A stretch of 64,000 nucleotides of DNA, the filler included, from Globobulimina sp. (Eukaryota): NCBI GenBank assembly GCA_003354225.1. It is 16 parts of 16 records of this genome, joined end to end, with 100 filler letters (N's around TTAATTAATTAA, not from the genome) between each part and the next. Parts side by side here need not be neighbours in the genome. Positions count along the whole stretch, not along the records: positions 12,058 to 15,974 come from PIVH01001890.1; positions 16,075 to 19,989 come from PIVH01001891.1; positions 20,090 to 24,004 come from PIVH01001892.1; 13 more parts are not named here. One strand, written 5' to 3'. A program made the translations under genes and the position numbers. This document shows, in pieces, positions 12,641 to 24,104 of this stretch (position 1 is its first letter; the number at the start of each line of letters is the position of its first letter). The notes under the pieces are model-generated. The model searched no databases and was not told where the DNA came from. It saw nothing but the letters and a program-made list of their open reading frames with translations.

Positions 12641-14089
12641 TCACTCCATCCTTGGAATAATAACACGGTTCAGTGCGTTAAACCATTTTTCTCTCTCCGT
12701 GATATTTTCACAAATATATTCCCATTTTATTGCTGGCATTGTCAATCTCAGCCCAACTTTACCTCCAACAAATGATAGCTTCTGCACCCCACGCCTTTGT
12801 TTGATATCAATCGGTTCTTTCAGATGTTGAACTTCGCCTTCTTGTTTATAATAATACAACAATCCGTCAAATGACAACTTAAACCATCTCTTGTCCCACT
12901 GTCGTCCCATAACACCACATTGCTTCATCATGTAACCTTGCATTAATGGTGCTGGTGCCATTGGAGCAGTTGGCAGCATTCTCCCTGCTTCAATACCACA
13001 ACCCACATATGTGCCAACTATAAAAGCTCTAAACCCAATGAGGTCCTTTGGATCGATGCTACTTTTTGCCCGTTGGTATAAGTGATACTGTACAGATATA
13101 TCAATTTCCATGATTCGTGTTTGTTGAATTACCCATAATTTTAACATTACTCGACCACTTTGAAAATCTTCGTATAAAAAAAATGCTCGAACATTTTGGT
13201 CAGAATGTCGTCTTTGAAAGTCAACAGCACTGTGTGCTGCAGATTTGATTGGTCGCGGAGGAATTCCAAGTGGTCGAAATAAAACATCAATTCGGAATTG
13301 TTGGTCAATAACGTTTCCATGAGAGTCGAATGTGCAAACAATATTTGCTGGCTCAGTTAATGCGCGTGCTGGTCTTAATGGAGGTGTTGTTACCGGTGTC
13401 ATAGGCAATGATGCAGCAGAACCTGGTCTTAATGGAGGTGTAGATGCCGCAGAACCTGGTGTTGTTACCGGTGTCATGGGTGACATTCTTGCATCAACAG
13501 GGGCGGGACATACATATCTGCCAACTATAAAAGATCTAAATCCAATGAGATCCTGTGGATCGATGCTACCTTTTGCCCGTTGGTATAAGTCATATAAATC
13601 TGCAGATATATCAATTTCCACGATTCTTGTTTGTTGAATTACCCATAATTGTAATCGACCGGCACCATTTTCAAAATGTTCATGTAAAAAATAAGCTTTA
13701 ATGGTTTGGTCATAATGTTGTCTTTGAAATGCAGCAGATTTGATTGGTTGCGAATCCAAAGGAATTCCAAGTGGTACAAGTAAAGCCCCAATATGCAATT
13801 GTTGGTTAATAACGTTTCCATGAGCGTCGAATGTGCAAAGTAAAGTAGAGTTTTCTAGGAGATGGTACTCCAGAAAAAAATCGTCCATACTATCAGTGGA
13901 AATACGCGTTGCTCGCATGAGCATACGTTCGAATTCTAAGAGTCTTGGGGATGGTGGTGGACTTTGTGGGGGACTTTGTGGGGGAGTGGCTGGATCCTGC
14001 TCTGGTGTTGCTTGCATCATCATTGCTTGGTTGATATTGGATTGAATGATGCAAATGATGGTCGTTAATAATGATAAGTGAATGTTCAT
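12641..14089 (-). CDS. Protein with signal peptide, duplicated unknown domain of about 110 aa, and C-terminal PH domain
   Basis: MNIHLSLLTTIICIIQS; two copies of CTFDxHGNVIxQQ...LWVIQQTRIxEIDIS...DLIGFRxFIVG; PH motif QGYMMKQ...WDKRWFKL...LYYYK...EREKWFNAL. Confidence 0.8.
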   Translation of the reverse strand: MNIHLSLLTTIICIIQSNINQAMMMQATPEQDPATPPQSPPQSPPPSPRLLEFERMLMRATRISTDSMDDFFLEYHLLENSTLLCTFDAHGNVINQQLHIGALLVPLGIPLDSQPIKSAAFQRQHYDQTIKAYFLHEHFENGAGRLQLWVIQQTRIVEIDISADLYDLYQRAKGSIDPQDLIGFRSFIVGRYVCPAPVDARMSPMTPVTTPGSAASTPPLRPGSAASLPMTPVTTPPLRPARALTEPANIVCTFDSHGNVIDQQFRIDVLFRPLGIPPRPIKSAAHSAVDFQRRHSDQNVRAFFLYEDFQSGRVMLKLWVIQQTRIMEIDISVQYHLYQRAKSSIDPKDLIGFRAFIVGTYVGCGIEAGRMLPTAPMAPAPLMQGYMMKQCGVMGRQWDKRWFKLSFDGLLYYYKQEGEVQHLKEPIDIKQRRGVQKLSFVGGKVGLRLTMPAIKWEYICENITEREKWFNALNRVIIPRME

Positions 14090-14257
14090 TTTGGGAATCA
14101 GGTCTTTTAAATTTTACTCTTGATTGCGTAGCGTGCGCTATAAATTATTGCACTGACAGGTAATTTTAATTTGTGTTTCTTAGCGAATTTGCGCTATAAA
14201 TTGTCAGCTGCCGTGTTTTTTTAACTGGAAACTAAAAACGTTTCTTAAAAGGAAATC

Positions 14258-15186
14258 ATGGAAGTTACGGAGTCATTTGGCAACTATTCATTGAATCCAT
14301 CAGAACAATGTACATTGAAGGCATCATTGATAGAAATTAAATTAAATGAAAATTTTAAAACAACGAGATTTTGGGGTAAAATATTTGGCGTTGAATGTGA
14401 TTATTTGATAATTGAAGCAACTACAATTACTCATCAAATTCAACATAAATATTTTTTTAGGTTTACGTGTTGTGTTCCCTTATTTTTCTGAAACAACTAA
14501 TCGAGGAATATATATATATGATAAGCATTGATGGAGGTTTAAGTTTTGCGCAATTACCGATTGTTGAGCCATGGATGGAATCCAAATGCATGCAAATTGC
14601 ATCAATATTCGCCGGAATGGCATCCTATGTCTATGAAGATGAAGAAATAAAATCGGAAAAAGATGACGAAGAAAACGAAGAAAATGAAGAAAAAGCAAAT
14701 GAAGAAAACAATGATAACAATGACGGAGATGAACCACCGAAAATTGAATATAAATTGACTGAGTTGGATCGTTTGGCGTGGACCATATCAAAAATAAATG
14801 ATGAATGCTATATTGTTCCTCAAAATGCAGTGATCTTAACGTCATCAAAAATTATACAAAAAAACAAAAACTTTCAAGGTTTATCAAGAAGTGATGCAAA
14901 TAAATTGAGTTCGTATTTACATTTCCGAACACCAAGAGATCCATATTCTGTGTCAATATATCGGAAAGCCGCAGCACTGAATGATACAGGTTTTTTAGAT
15001 GCAATTACTACTGATTTGCCTCGAGGATGTTGGAGATTACATAAACAGAAATGTGGCTTACAAGTGGCAATAAAAAATTTATTATGGGATGGATTTCAGT
15101 TTAAATATAATGTCGGAGAGTCAACCTTTATTCAGGGCTATTTTGGGAATGGGATAAGAAGAAATGATCTCGTGTTTATGATATAA
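14258..15186 (+). CDS. RSPH9: Flagellar radial spoke head protein 9
   Basis: RFWGKIFGVECDYLI, ELDRLA, IVPQNA, NKNFQGLS, SYLHFR, DLPRGCW, LLWDGF, YFGNGIRRNDLVFMI; frame-restoring intron 14461-14525. Confidence 0.9.
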
Positions 15187-15399
15187 AATTATTGTTTAGT
15201 TTTTCAAAGCTATTTAATATTCGCAATTAATTGTCAGCGTCAGAAAACAAACTAGTTTTTCATCTAAAAATTAAATTCTTTGTTATCACCGTCAAATTCC
15301 GAATTAATTTTCTATACAAATATTGAATGTAATAATTCACAAATTGCAAAAAAAAAGTGTGCAAAACATAATACAAAAGAAAAGTATTTTTAATAGTAT

Positions 15400-15974
15400 T
15401 CAGACATCATTAATTTGATTCTGTTTTTGTTCAACTCCATTTTTCCAGTTTGTTCCAATAAAAACACCAATTCCTAAACATAATATTCCAACAACAAAAT
15501 ACGTAAAAATTAATAAAATATCTGCTACATTAATATTTTCGCCATAATTACCAACTGATGGTACACTATAATTTCCTTCTTCACTTTCCTCACTTTGAAT
15601 TTTTTCGCCATCAATCGTATATCCATCAATATCGTATTCGACATAAATATCCTCCGTATCAATGGCAATGAGTGCCTCCCAATCAATTGGCCAATGATCC
15701 TCTCTGCCATAGGCAGCAAATTGTGTATATACTGGATGCGAAGTACAAAAATCATATTGACAGCAACATTGAATTCGTTTTTGGTTTATTAAACATCCTA
15801 ATTTTCCCAAACCATCTTCCTCCTGCAATGGACATTGGTTTTTTTCCCAACATTTCCATCTCCACGTTTTTTCCTCATTTATCTGTTCACCAAACATCAC
15901 TGCCAACTTACATACATTTCGTGTCAATCCGGATCGAGGATCCGTATGATCTTCAAAACGGAAAACAAAAATAT
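15400..15974 (-). CDS. Cys-rich single-pass membrane protein, 5' truncated
   Basis: CCCQYDFC cluster and a C-terminal hydrophobic helix ILLIFTYFVVGILCLGIGVFIG. Confidence 0.55.
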
Positions 15975-16074
15975 NNNNNNNNNNNNNNNNNNNNNNNNNN
16001 NNNNNNNNNNNNNNNNNNTTAATTAATTAANNNNNNNNNNNNNNNNNNNNNNNNNNNNNNNNNNNNNNNNNNNN

Positions 16075-17016
16075 GTGTATCATTTTGAGGTGCCATGGAG
16101 ATATTTTGTAGCGATTATGACAATTATTTTATTTGTATTATGTTTTGTTTATTATCTTGGCAGCAAAGATAGCGCCAACCCTCAACCTGAGGTAGATGTA
16201 CGTGATGAGTTGCGACCATCTGACAATGAGATAATTAGTTTGAATCGACAGCAATTAGCCTCAATTCCGGAGAAAATACATACCGGCGGCTTCTTTGCCG
16301 ATGCTTTTTACGACTACAGATCGTGGATTCTGTTTGCTTGCTATGCTGCGTCCAGCGGAGTGGAGCTTACTTTCTATTTAGTGGCGGCAACTTATTTCCA
16401 AGTTGAATTTGGATTAAATGAGATAACATCGGGTTTTATTGTGATGATATGGAGCTCGTTTAATCTGTTTGCACGACCGCTTGGTGGCTATTTGTGCGAT
16501 AAATATAGTATCCCAATGAGAGCAAAACTGTTGTTTATTGTGTTGTTTTTGGAATCAATATTTATTATTTTATTTGGAGTGCTTGGCCACTTTTCAATGT
16601 GGGGATCTATTGCAGCTTCAATGTTGTTTTCAATTTGTGTGGAAATGGCAGAAGCTGCTACATTTAGTATTGTTGCGTTTATCCAACCAAAATCCATTGG
16701 GCATGTTATAGGCATTGTGGCCTCTGGCGCTAATTCTGGAGCAGCATTTTTTGTATTTGCTATATTTGTGCCATGGAACTATAGTGGTTACGATGCGTCC
16801 TATTCGTGGGTGGTGCTGGGTGTGGTGGTCATGATATGCTCTTTCTGTGCGTTGATGATTCAGTTTACGAATCGCGAACTGCACGACAGTAACCAAAATA
16901 TGGCAGCTTGTTATGATTTGCAAGGAATAAAAAGCACGCCCGAAATTAAAGTGATTCATTTACCTCATCAACCAATTCATTTAGTAAAGGATACGAGTGT
17001 CACCATTATTAGGTAG
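16075..17016 (+). CDS. NRT2: NRT2/NarK-family nitrate/nitrite transporter (MFS), C-terminal half
   Basis: DYRSWILFACYAASSGVELT, NLFARPLGGYLCD, EAATFSIVAF and GIVASGANSGA correspond to the NRT2 motifs FGVELT, NxFARxxGGxxSD and GxxGAGGNxG. Confidence 0.85.
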   Translation: MYHFEVPWRYFVAIMTIILFVLCFVYYLGSKDSANPQPEVDVRDELRPSDNEIISLNRQQLASIPEKIHTGGFFADAFYDYRSWILFACYAASSGVELTFYLVAATYFQVEFGLNEITSGFIVMIWSSFNLFARPLGGYLCDKYSIPMRAKLLFIVLFLESIFIILFGVLGHFSMWGSIAASMLFSICVEMAEAATFSIVAFIQPKSIGHVIGIVASGANSGAAFFVFAIFVPWNYSGYDASYSWVVLGVVVMICSFCALMIQFTNRELHDSNQNMAACYDLQGIKSTPEIKVIHLPHQPIHLVKDTSVTIIR

Positions 17017-17263
17017 TGACTGTACCTATTAAATTCTATAATAATTTTATTTCATTTTGTACAATGTGAGTTTCATTATAGTTATTTTAGTGTTTTATTC
17101 GAGTGATGTGTTTAATACAATTAGTTTTTTTGTTTGAATGGCCTCAATTATGTAATTGCGCTATTTGCGCATATCACTAATGTTCAAAAAGCAGTCATTA
17201 TTGTAATGTTTGTATTTTATTTTTACGATTTTAATAAGTTTAATACACAGAAAAATACAACTG

Positions 17264-18178
17264 TTATTTTGTTAACGCTTTTATTTCATCAACAATTTTC
17301 TCGCCGATAAGTTTCCAACCTCCAATAGTCCACCACCAACCAAGAGGTAATATTGATAACGTAGCAATTACCCACATTTTTGTTAACATACTTTTTTTAG
17401 GATCTTTACACCACGCCAATGTCCAATAAAATTGCACTTTGCTAAAACCAAAGATCCGCGCATATGAGTTGAAACAAAGAAAAACCATAAATATAGCATC
17501 ACTTAAATGTCTTACTATAGTAAGATCCGGTCGTTTTTTTTGATAATAAACTCGCAATAAACACCCAATTAACGAGAAAGTCCCAATTCCTTCCGACCAA
17601 AATCCAATCCAACCCCAATGTGCTCCAGAAATATTTTTATATCTAATCATAAGTGTTGTGACTAACCCTAAGATATGATGATAAAACATCATTTTATCCG
17701 CATTGGTCACTTTTCTTTTCGTTTTTATATAATATAAACTGTCAATAAATAATAAAAATGACCAAATTGAAATATGAACATCAATAATATGATTTTCAGT
17801 ATCTGTATTTCGATATTCCTCTTTGATTGAATTCATCATTGTTTTTAATGGAATATTACGATATTTAGATGCTAATAAAAGATGAGCTATCGAGTTTAAT
17901 AAAAGGGTAACATTTGATGCTGGCTTATGTGAGTCTGCACCAATCAGATTTTCTAATAAGAATGGATCATCATCCATTTTGGACAACGATTTTGTTGTTA
18001 TGCATTTATCATACCATGGTTGGAATATTTTCCTCGATACATAATATGAAACCGCGTACGCTGCAATATATGCCCAAATGCGTCTATTTGTTAGTATTTT
18101 TTTCCTAAATTTATCCCAATCAAAAGATTCAACACCATCTTTGCTTTCAACATCATCTTTGCTTTCAACGTCAGACAT
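17264..18178 (-). CDS. TLC (TRAM/LAG1/CLN8)-like membrane protein
   Basis: Multiple TM segments, a D..MMFYHHI motif, and downstream E, R and W positions typical of TLC domains. Confidence 0.6.
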   Translation of the reverse strand: MSDVESKDDVESKDGVESFDWDKFRKKILTNRRIWAYIAAYAVSYYVSRKIFQPWYDKCITTKSLSKMDDDPFLLENLIGADSHKPASNVTLLLNSIAHLLLASKYRNIPLKTMMNSIKEEYRNTDTENHIIDVHISIWSFLLFIDSLYYIKTKRKVTNADKMMFYHHILGLVTTLMIRYKNISGAHWGWIGFWSEGIGTFSLIGCLLRVYYQKKRPDLTIVRHLSDAIFMVFLCFNSYARIFGFSKVQFYWTLAWCKDPKKSMLTKMWVIATLSILPLGWWWTIGGWKLIGEKIVDEIKALTK

Positions 18179-18225
18179 TCTACAGTTTAAAAAACAAAAC
18201 CGTGTAGAAAAAAACTGTAAAGATC

Positions 18226-19989
18226 ATGTTAAACAGGAAAGTGACACGTGTTTTATCGGAAAGAATAGATACACCCGATTTAATTTCAACACTGAACCAT
18301 TTATCGACATTTTACAGTGAAAATACATTGGAAAATCGTCGCAATTTACGAAGTGTGTTAGAAAAACAAGGGCAAAAATTAAACGAAGAGTTTATTCAAT
18401 CATTCCAATCGATAGTTGATGATTTTGAGAAAGTATCCAAATCAGTCGATGGATTATCCGGCGAATGCCAGCATATTGAAACAATATTAAATCAAACAAA
18501 AGACGCCACCAACACATTAATATCAACAACCACCAAACTTCGAAATGAAAAAAATAAAATAGTGCAAAAAGAAAAAATTGTAAATTCATTTTTAAATAGA
18601 TTTCAATTATCCGTATCTGAGAAAAAAATATTTAATCAATTTATTTATGACAATATACTAACTTTTGAATTGTTTGATGTCTTTGAAAAAATGATTATTA
18701 TTCGCAATGATTGCAAAAAATTATTGAATAACTATCATCAAAGAGCATCATTAGATATTATGGATAGATTTGCAAAACAGTTGGAATCTGGCTATGAAAA
18801 ATTATATCGATCTGTTCAAAAAACGGCGAGAACATTAAATATTGATCTAAATGACCAGAATAACACAGACCTGCCACTATTCGCCCACTCATTGTATCAA
18901 TTGCGACAAAGGTCCGGTTATTTCGAGCATTGTTGTCAGGAATTGTCAGCAGCGCGGAGACTATATTGGGTACAGAGATTCATCAATGCTTTGACTCGCG
19001 GCGAGCCTCAGAGTGGCACCACATCGCCAAACATATCTGGCCGCACATCGCCAAAGATGAGGTTTGATATCTTTTCCAGTACAAAATGTTTTGCTTAGAC
19101 TAAAATTGCAAATAAAAGCGAGAATAATAACATGACGAGTCGACCTATCGAGATGTACGCATATGACCCAGTGCGATATTTAAACGATATGTTGACATGG
19201 ATTCACAATGCATTGTCCGAGGAGAGGCAGTTTGCTTTGAATGTATTCAAAATTCCTGCTCGATTGGTCAAGAAACAACAAATGTTTCTGGATAATGAGG
19301 ATGATACTAATCAATATGAAGCCTATTCATCCAAGAGGAAGATCAATTATTTAGATCGGGTTTTGGAAGGGTTGTTTCGCCCGTTATCTATGCGGATATT
19401 ATCCATTTTAAATAACAATAAAATTGGCTCTAACTCTGCAGCATCGTCAGGTGATTTTTATTACGATGTGGTGACTGCCTATCGGTTGTGTCATGTTTTA
19501 GATTTTTATGTGATTACAATTACGCAGTTGTTTCAATTTGACGATGCTGATAAGGATAATAAATATGGTGCGGACAATGCTGATGTGGAGGAAAAGAAAA
19601 CGGAATGTGTTGAGTTAAAGTTTATGAATTCATTACAGGATTTGCGGAGGACGAGTTATGATAAGTTTTATAAAATGGTTCGACATCGAATGGATAAATT
19701 TTTAGCGTGGAATAAAAATAAAACAGCATCGGGGACCATGAGTGTCATCAATATTTCGTCGGATTTGAGTCCAAATAAAGTGTTCCGGCAACATTTAGAG
19801 AGATTGAATGATATTATGTCCATATATTCGACCAATTTGGTTCCGAATAATTTGAAAATTGAAGATTTTACATCGGTGTTGAATTGTTTTATTGATCCAA
19901 TGTTGCAGGTGGTTAATAAGTCAGTTTATAATTTAACAGAGACTGAGAAATGTGTGTATTTGATAAATATATTGGTTGTTATTTTGGAG
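18226..19989 (+). CDS. COG6: Conserved oligomeric Golgi complex subunit 6, 3' truncated
   Basis: ENTLENRRNLRS, FLNRFQLS, FINALTRG, RPIEMYAYDPVRYLNDMLTWIH, VYLIN; intron 19062-19118 restores the frame. Confidence 0.92.
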
Positions 19990-20131
19990 NNNNNNNNNNN
20001 NNNNNNNNNNNNNNNNNNNNNNNNNNNNNNNNNTTAATTAATTAANNNNNNNNNNNNNNNNNNNNNNNNNNNNNNNNNNNNNNNNNNNNTAATATGATCA
20101 TAAAAATAAAAAAGAATTGTAAATTCTATAA

Positions 20132-20309
20132 TATGATGACTAGCTCCGCCTCACGAAGAAAATCTTAATATCAGGGTTCTCACATCATAGACGACAAATT
20201 TTTACCTTTATTGCATAGATTTGTGTCTTCTTTCATATGCTAGAATCCAGGAAAATCTATCCTTGCACTGTCGTCTATGAGGTGAGAACCCTGATATTAA
20301 GTCATCATA
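20132..20309. mobile_element. MITE-like foldback element
   Basis: 33-bp inverted repeat with 1 mismatch (20164-20196 / 20269-20301) plus outer arms TATGATGACT / AGTCATCATA. Confidence 0.7.
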
Positions 20310-20462
20310 ATATTCTCTATTCAGAATTTTCGCCAGAAAAATAGCTGAAGTTTTTCCTTTTAGTCTTTCATGTCACTTTCATTTGTTATTAAATCAGTCT
20401 GCTCATAGCCACTGCACACCACGTGACCACCAATCCACTGCCTTTGTTGCCATACCAACACT

Positions 20463-23400
20463 ATGAGTCACATCAACAGCGAAATTGAAACATTATCAGA
20501 TCTAAAATCGTTATCTATGCAATTCCCTCTATTGCTGGTGCATCGAATTACCTCTACAGATCTTAACATACAATCAACACAAAAACAGCCACTCTCAATT
20601 GCATGGTACGGCGCGCCATTCACACATAACAATGAACAGTACATTCGTACACTAAAAACATTCCCACAAAAAGTCCTCACCACAGAACCATTAAAGGAGC
20701 AAATGCGTCGATACCCAGACTTACACCAAAAAATTATTCAAAAAAACAATCAAATTCTTATCCAAAGTTACGTTACAAAATATTGCCCAAAAAAAAACAT
20801 TTAATTCAAACAAACAAAAAAACAGATTCCGACGTAGCTAAATTGGCGCAATGGTTCCAGTGCTTTAAATGCCAGAAATGGCGCGTCAACCACATAGAAA
20901 AAAAGTATTTCCCACAGCTCCTCCAGCCGCAAAACTGGCAGTGTAATATGGGGGCTCTCTCCGTGAATAACTGCAATATCCAACAAACACAGCCCACTGA
21001 GCACGAATTCTCTGAGCTAGACTTGAATGCTTTGCAGTTGCAACGTGAGCTACGAGCACAAGACTCCACTGATTGGTACAAAATGGCACATGCTATGTTG
21101 GATGGAATGATCCGGAAATTTGATACCTATCTATTACCATTCATCCACCCCATATTCTGCCCAAATTATTACAAATCCAATGTGAATGCAATGCATCTCA
21201 CACAGTTAAAATATCTGTTGGAAAACCAAAAAATTACAGATATCACCACGTTTATCAACGAATTAATAAAAATGTGGGAAAATGCCATGGCATATTATGC
21301 CCAAAGCGATCCAATCTATCACAGAGCGGTTTTCCTGCATCGATATTGTGTCGACGTCATCGCAAAGTTGGAAATTCCGCAACAGGCAAAGCTAATGATT
21401 CTAAGTCAAATACAAATACGTTTCTCACAGCATCAACATACTAACCATAAACATGAAGCTAATGCAAACGGCGAGCCACTGCCTTTAATTCGCATAACCA
21501 CTCAACATCAGGAGCTAATAAATCAGCCATTGCCTCCATTAGAAAAGGAATCGGTAGTTATTAACATTAGCGATTCAGACGAGAACATGGATGCGAATAC
21601 AATGGAAGTTGATGCTTTATCCATTTCCATCGACGGGAATGAGGAAAATAGCAACAACGACAAGGACAACACACTGAAACCAGTGGCAAATACTGCACAC
21701 AATATACAGCAGGATATGGATGATGCACATAATGCAATGGATGAGTTGACGCAGTTATTGACAGATAATAATGCATCAACAATGGATGTGGATGATATAT
21801 CACATCAACAAACGACAACTTCCAGTGTGGCATATCGCAATTTATGCAATTCATATACAGATAATAGGTCTTCTCAATTACAACCTGAAAAGGCGAGTAG
21901 TTTGCAACTAGGTTCGCAACCACAGGCGGTCTCAACCTCCAATTCCAAGTCAACAGCTCCAGCTCCTGCTGCGTGTTTGGATGTTGCTGAGGAAAAGAAA
22001 GAAATTCCACAGGCTTCGAAATATCGAATATCAAAGAAAGTAATTACTGCTTCATTGAGGAAATTAAATTTGCGAATTTGCGCTAAACCAGCGGATATTT
22101 TATGTGCTGATAAATTTGAGAATGTGTTGGTTTCAGTGGCTGGCATTGCTGGTAAAATTAAGGATATCATCAACCAAATCCGGACATTTGATGCAGAAGA
22201 ATGCTTTTTTAAAGTGGTACAACTTGCGGAATACACTCAGATTGTGAGCAATCCGATACACTTTGGACAGATAATTGCTAAGTTAGAAGAGGGTAAATAT
22301 CAGATTATCAGTGATGTATTAAGTGATTTTACATTGTTGTGGTCAAATTGTTACATATTTAATGGCGAACCAGATCCGAATAATGACCAATTGTCTGGTT
22401 TTAGTAACTTTGCAATGGAATTACAACATGCGTTGGAGGAATATATTAAACAGTTTCGCGACCAATTGGCGTCAAACGGATACTTTGCAAATAATGATCT
22501 GTATAAAATTGGGAAAATATGTGATAAGTTGGGTTTAGGCACCATTACAACCAACAAAATATATTATTTTCAAACTAAAATGGAAATGTATAAAAATATT
22601 GAATCACATTTTGACTCATTTAATGTGGAACAGTTCAAAGAATTTCTGTGTGGTAAAAACAGCAATTATTGCCGAGATATGAAAAATGGAATGAATGTGA
22701 AAGGCCCTATTATTCCGACTAAGGTGCTGCGAAAAACCATAATCGAACGGTTTGCACAATTAAAAGGAGGTAATATTAATGGCACCACTGTGGCGACAAC
22801 AATTGAGAGACGGAGGTCGCATAAAAGACAGGTTTTGAAAGTAAGAGCCATTTCAGTGGAAACCTCTGAGAGTACTTCGCCACTCAATTTGTCCAAAAGC
22901 TCAACTGCAACAACATCGAGCAGGAAAAAGAGAAGTTATGTAATCTCGGACAGTGACACTGATCAAGAAACGGAAACGGACGATCAAATATCAATAAATC
23001 GGCCGAATTGCAAAAGAACTGACGAAACTAAGGAAGTGATGACTCAGTTGCATGAATATCCGATGAAAGGACCATTTACAGCGCATAATGGGCAAATATG
23101 GTGTTGTGATAATGCACAATGTAGATCGAGACCTACTCATTTGATAAAGTATTGGCTTTCTACTCATTTGGGTGAAAATTTTTATTTATGTGATGGCTGT
23201 GTTGCTGCAACAACTTTCCCATTAACTTTAGGCAAAATACGGTATTTTACGGACAAGGATGGGGATAAAATTAGGTTGGGATTGGACTGTCCGTATATTG
23301 CTTGTAATGCACCGTTGCAACTTTTCTATGGTATTCATGATAACTGTTTGGCGCATAAAATAATGATAAGATGCAATCACTGTAAGAGTATAATATCAAA

Positions 23401-23971
23401 TACGAATTTGTTATATTATCATTGTATTGATGGCTGTTTAAATTATAAATCAATACATGGCCATCAATATTATTTATGTGCGATTTGTGCGGACAAATAT
23501 TGTTATTCTCCACAGAAATATGCACCAAAAAAAAAGAATATGTTGGCTTTTTATGGTGTTTGGACATGGTTTGACCGACTCAGTGAAGATAATGAATGTG
23601 AAATAATGATTATGTTACAAGATTCGAACAGGATTTCGTTGCAATTATGTGGCAGTAACGACAGATTTGATGGCAGCATTCAAGAAATTAATGATAAGAT
23701 TCTGATTGAAATTGATAATGATGATAAAAAAATGAATTCAATGCATTTTAAACATGCAATATGGAAATATTACAGTGATATTGATATAAGATTAGAATTT
23801 GTAAATGAATCGAATACAAATAAAATATTTCACAAAGTGTCACCAAAATGTAACAATTGTAAATGTGACATGTTGTTTTTGTATCAAAATATATTTCCGA
23901 ATAACAGTTATTGTCAGAATGGGTTGAAATGTTGTGATAATTTTGAAAAATATGATTATATGAAATATTGA
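20463..23971 (+). CDS. Chromatin reader: CW zinc finger, two bromodomains, C-terminal Cys/His clusters
   Basis: Intron 20767-20825 joins the two ORFs; QWFQCFKCQKWR...WQCNM...C (zf-CW); PFIHP...YY...MHL...MWENAMAYY and EYTQIVSNPIHF...KY...DFTLLWSNCYIFN (bromodomains). Confidence 0.8.
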
Positions 23972-24104
23972 ACATTAAAAGCAACGAATTATGGAATATT
24001 TCATNNNNNNNNNNNNNNNNNNNNNNNNNNNNNNNNNNNNNNNNNNNNTTAATTAATTAANNNNNNNNNNNNNNNNNNNNNNNNNNNNNNNNNNNNNNNN
24101 NNNN

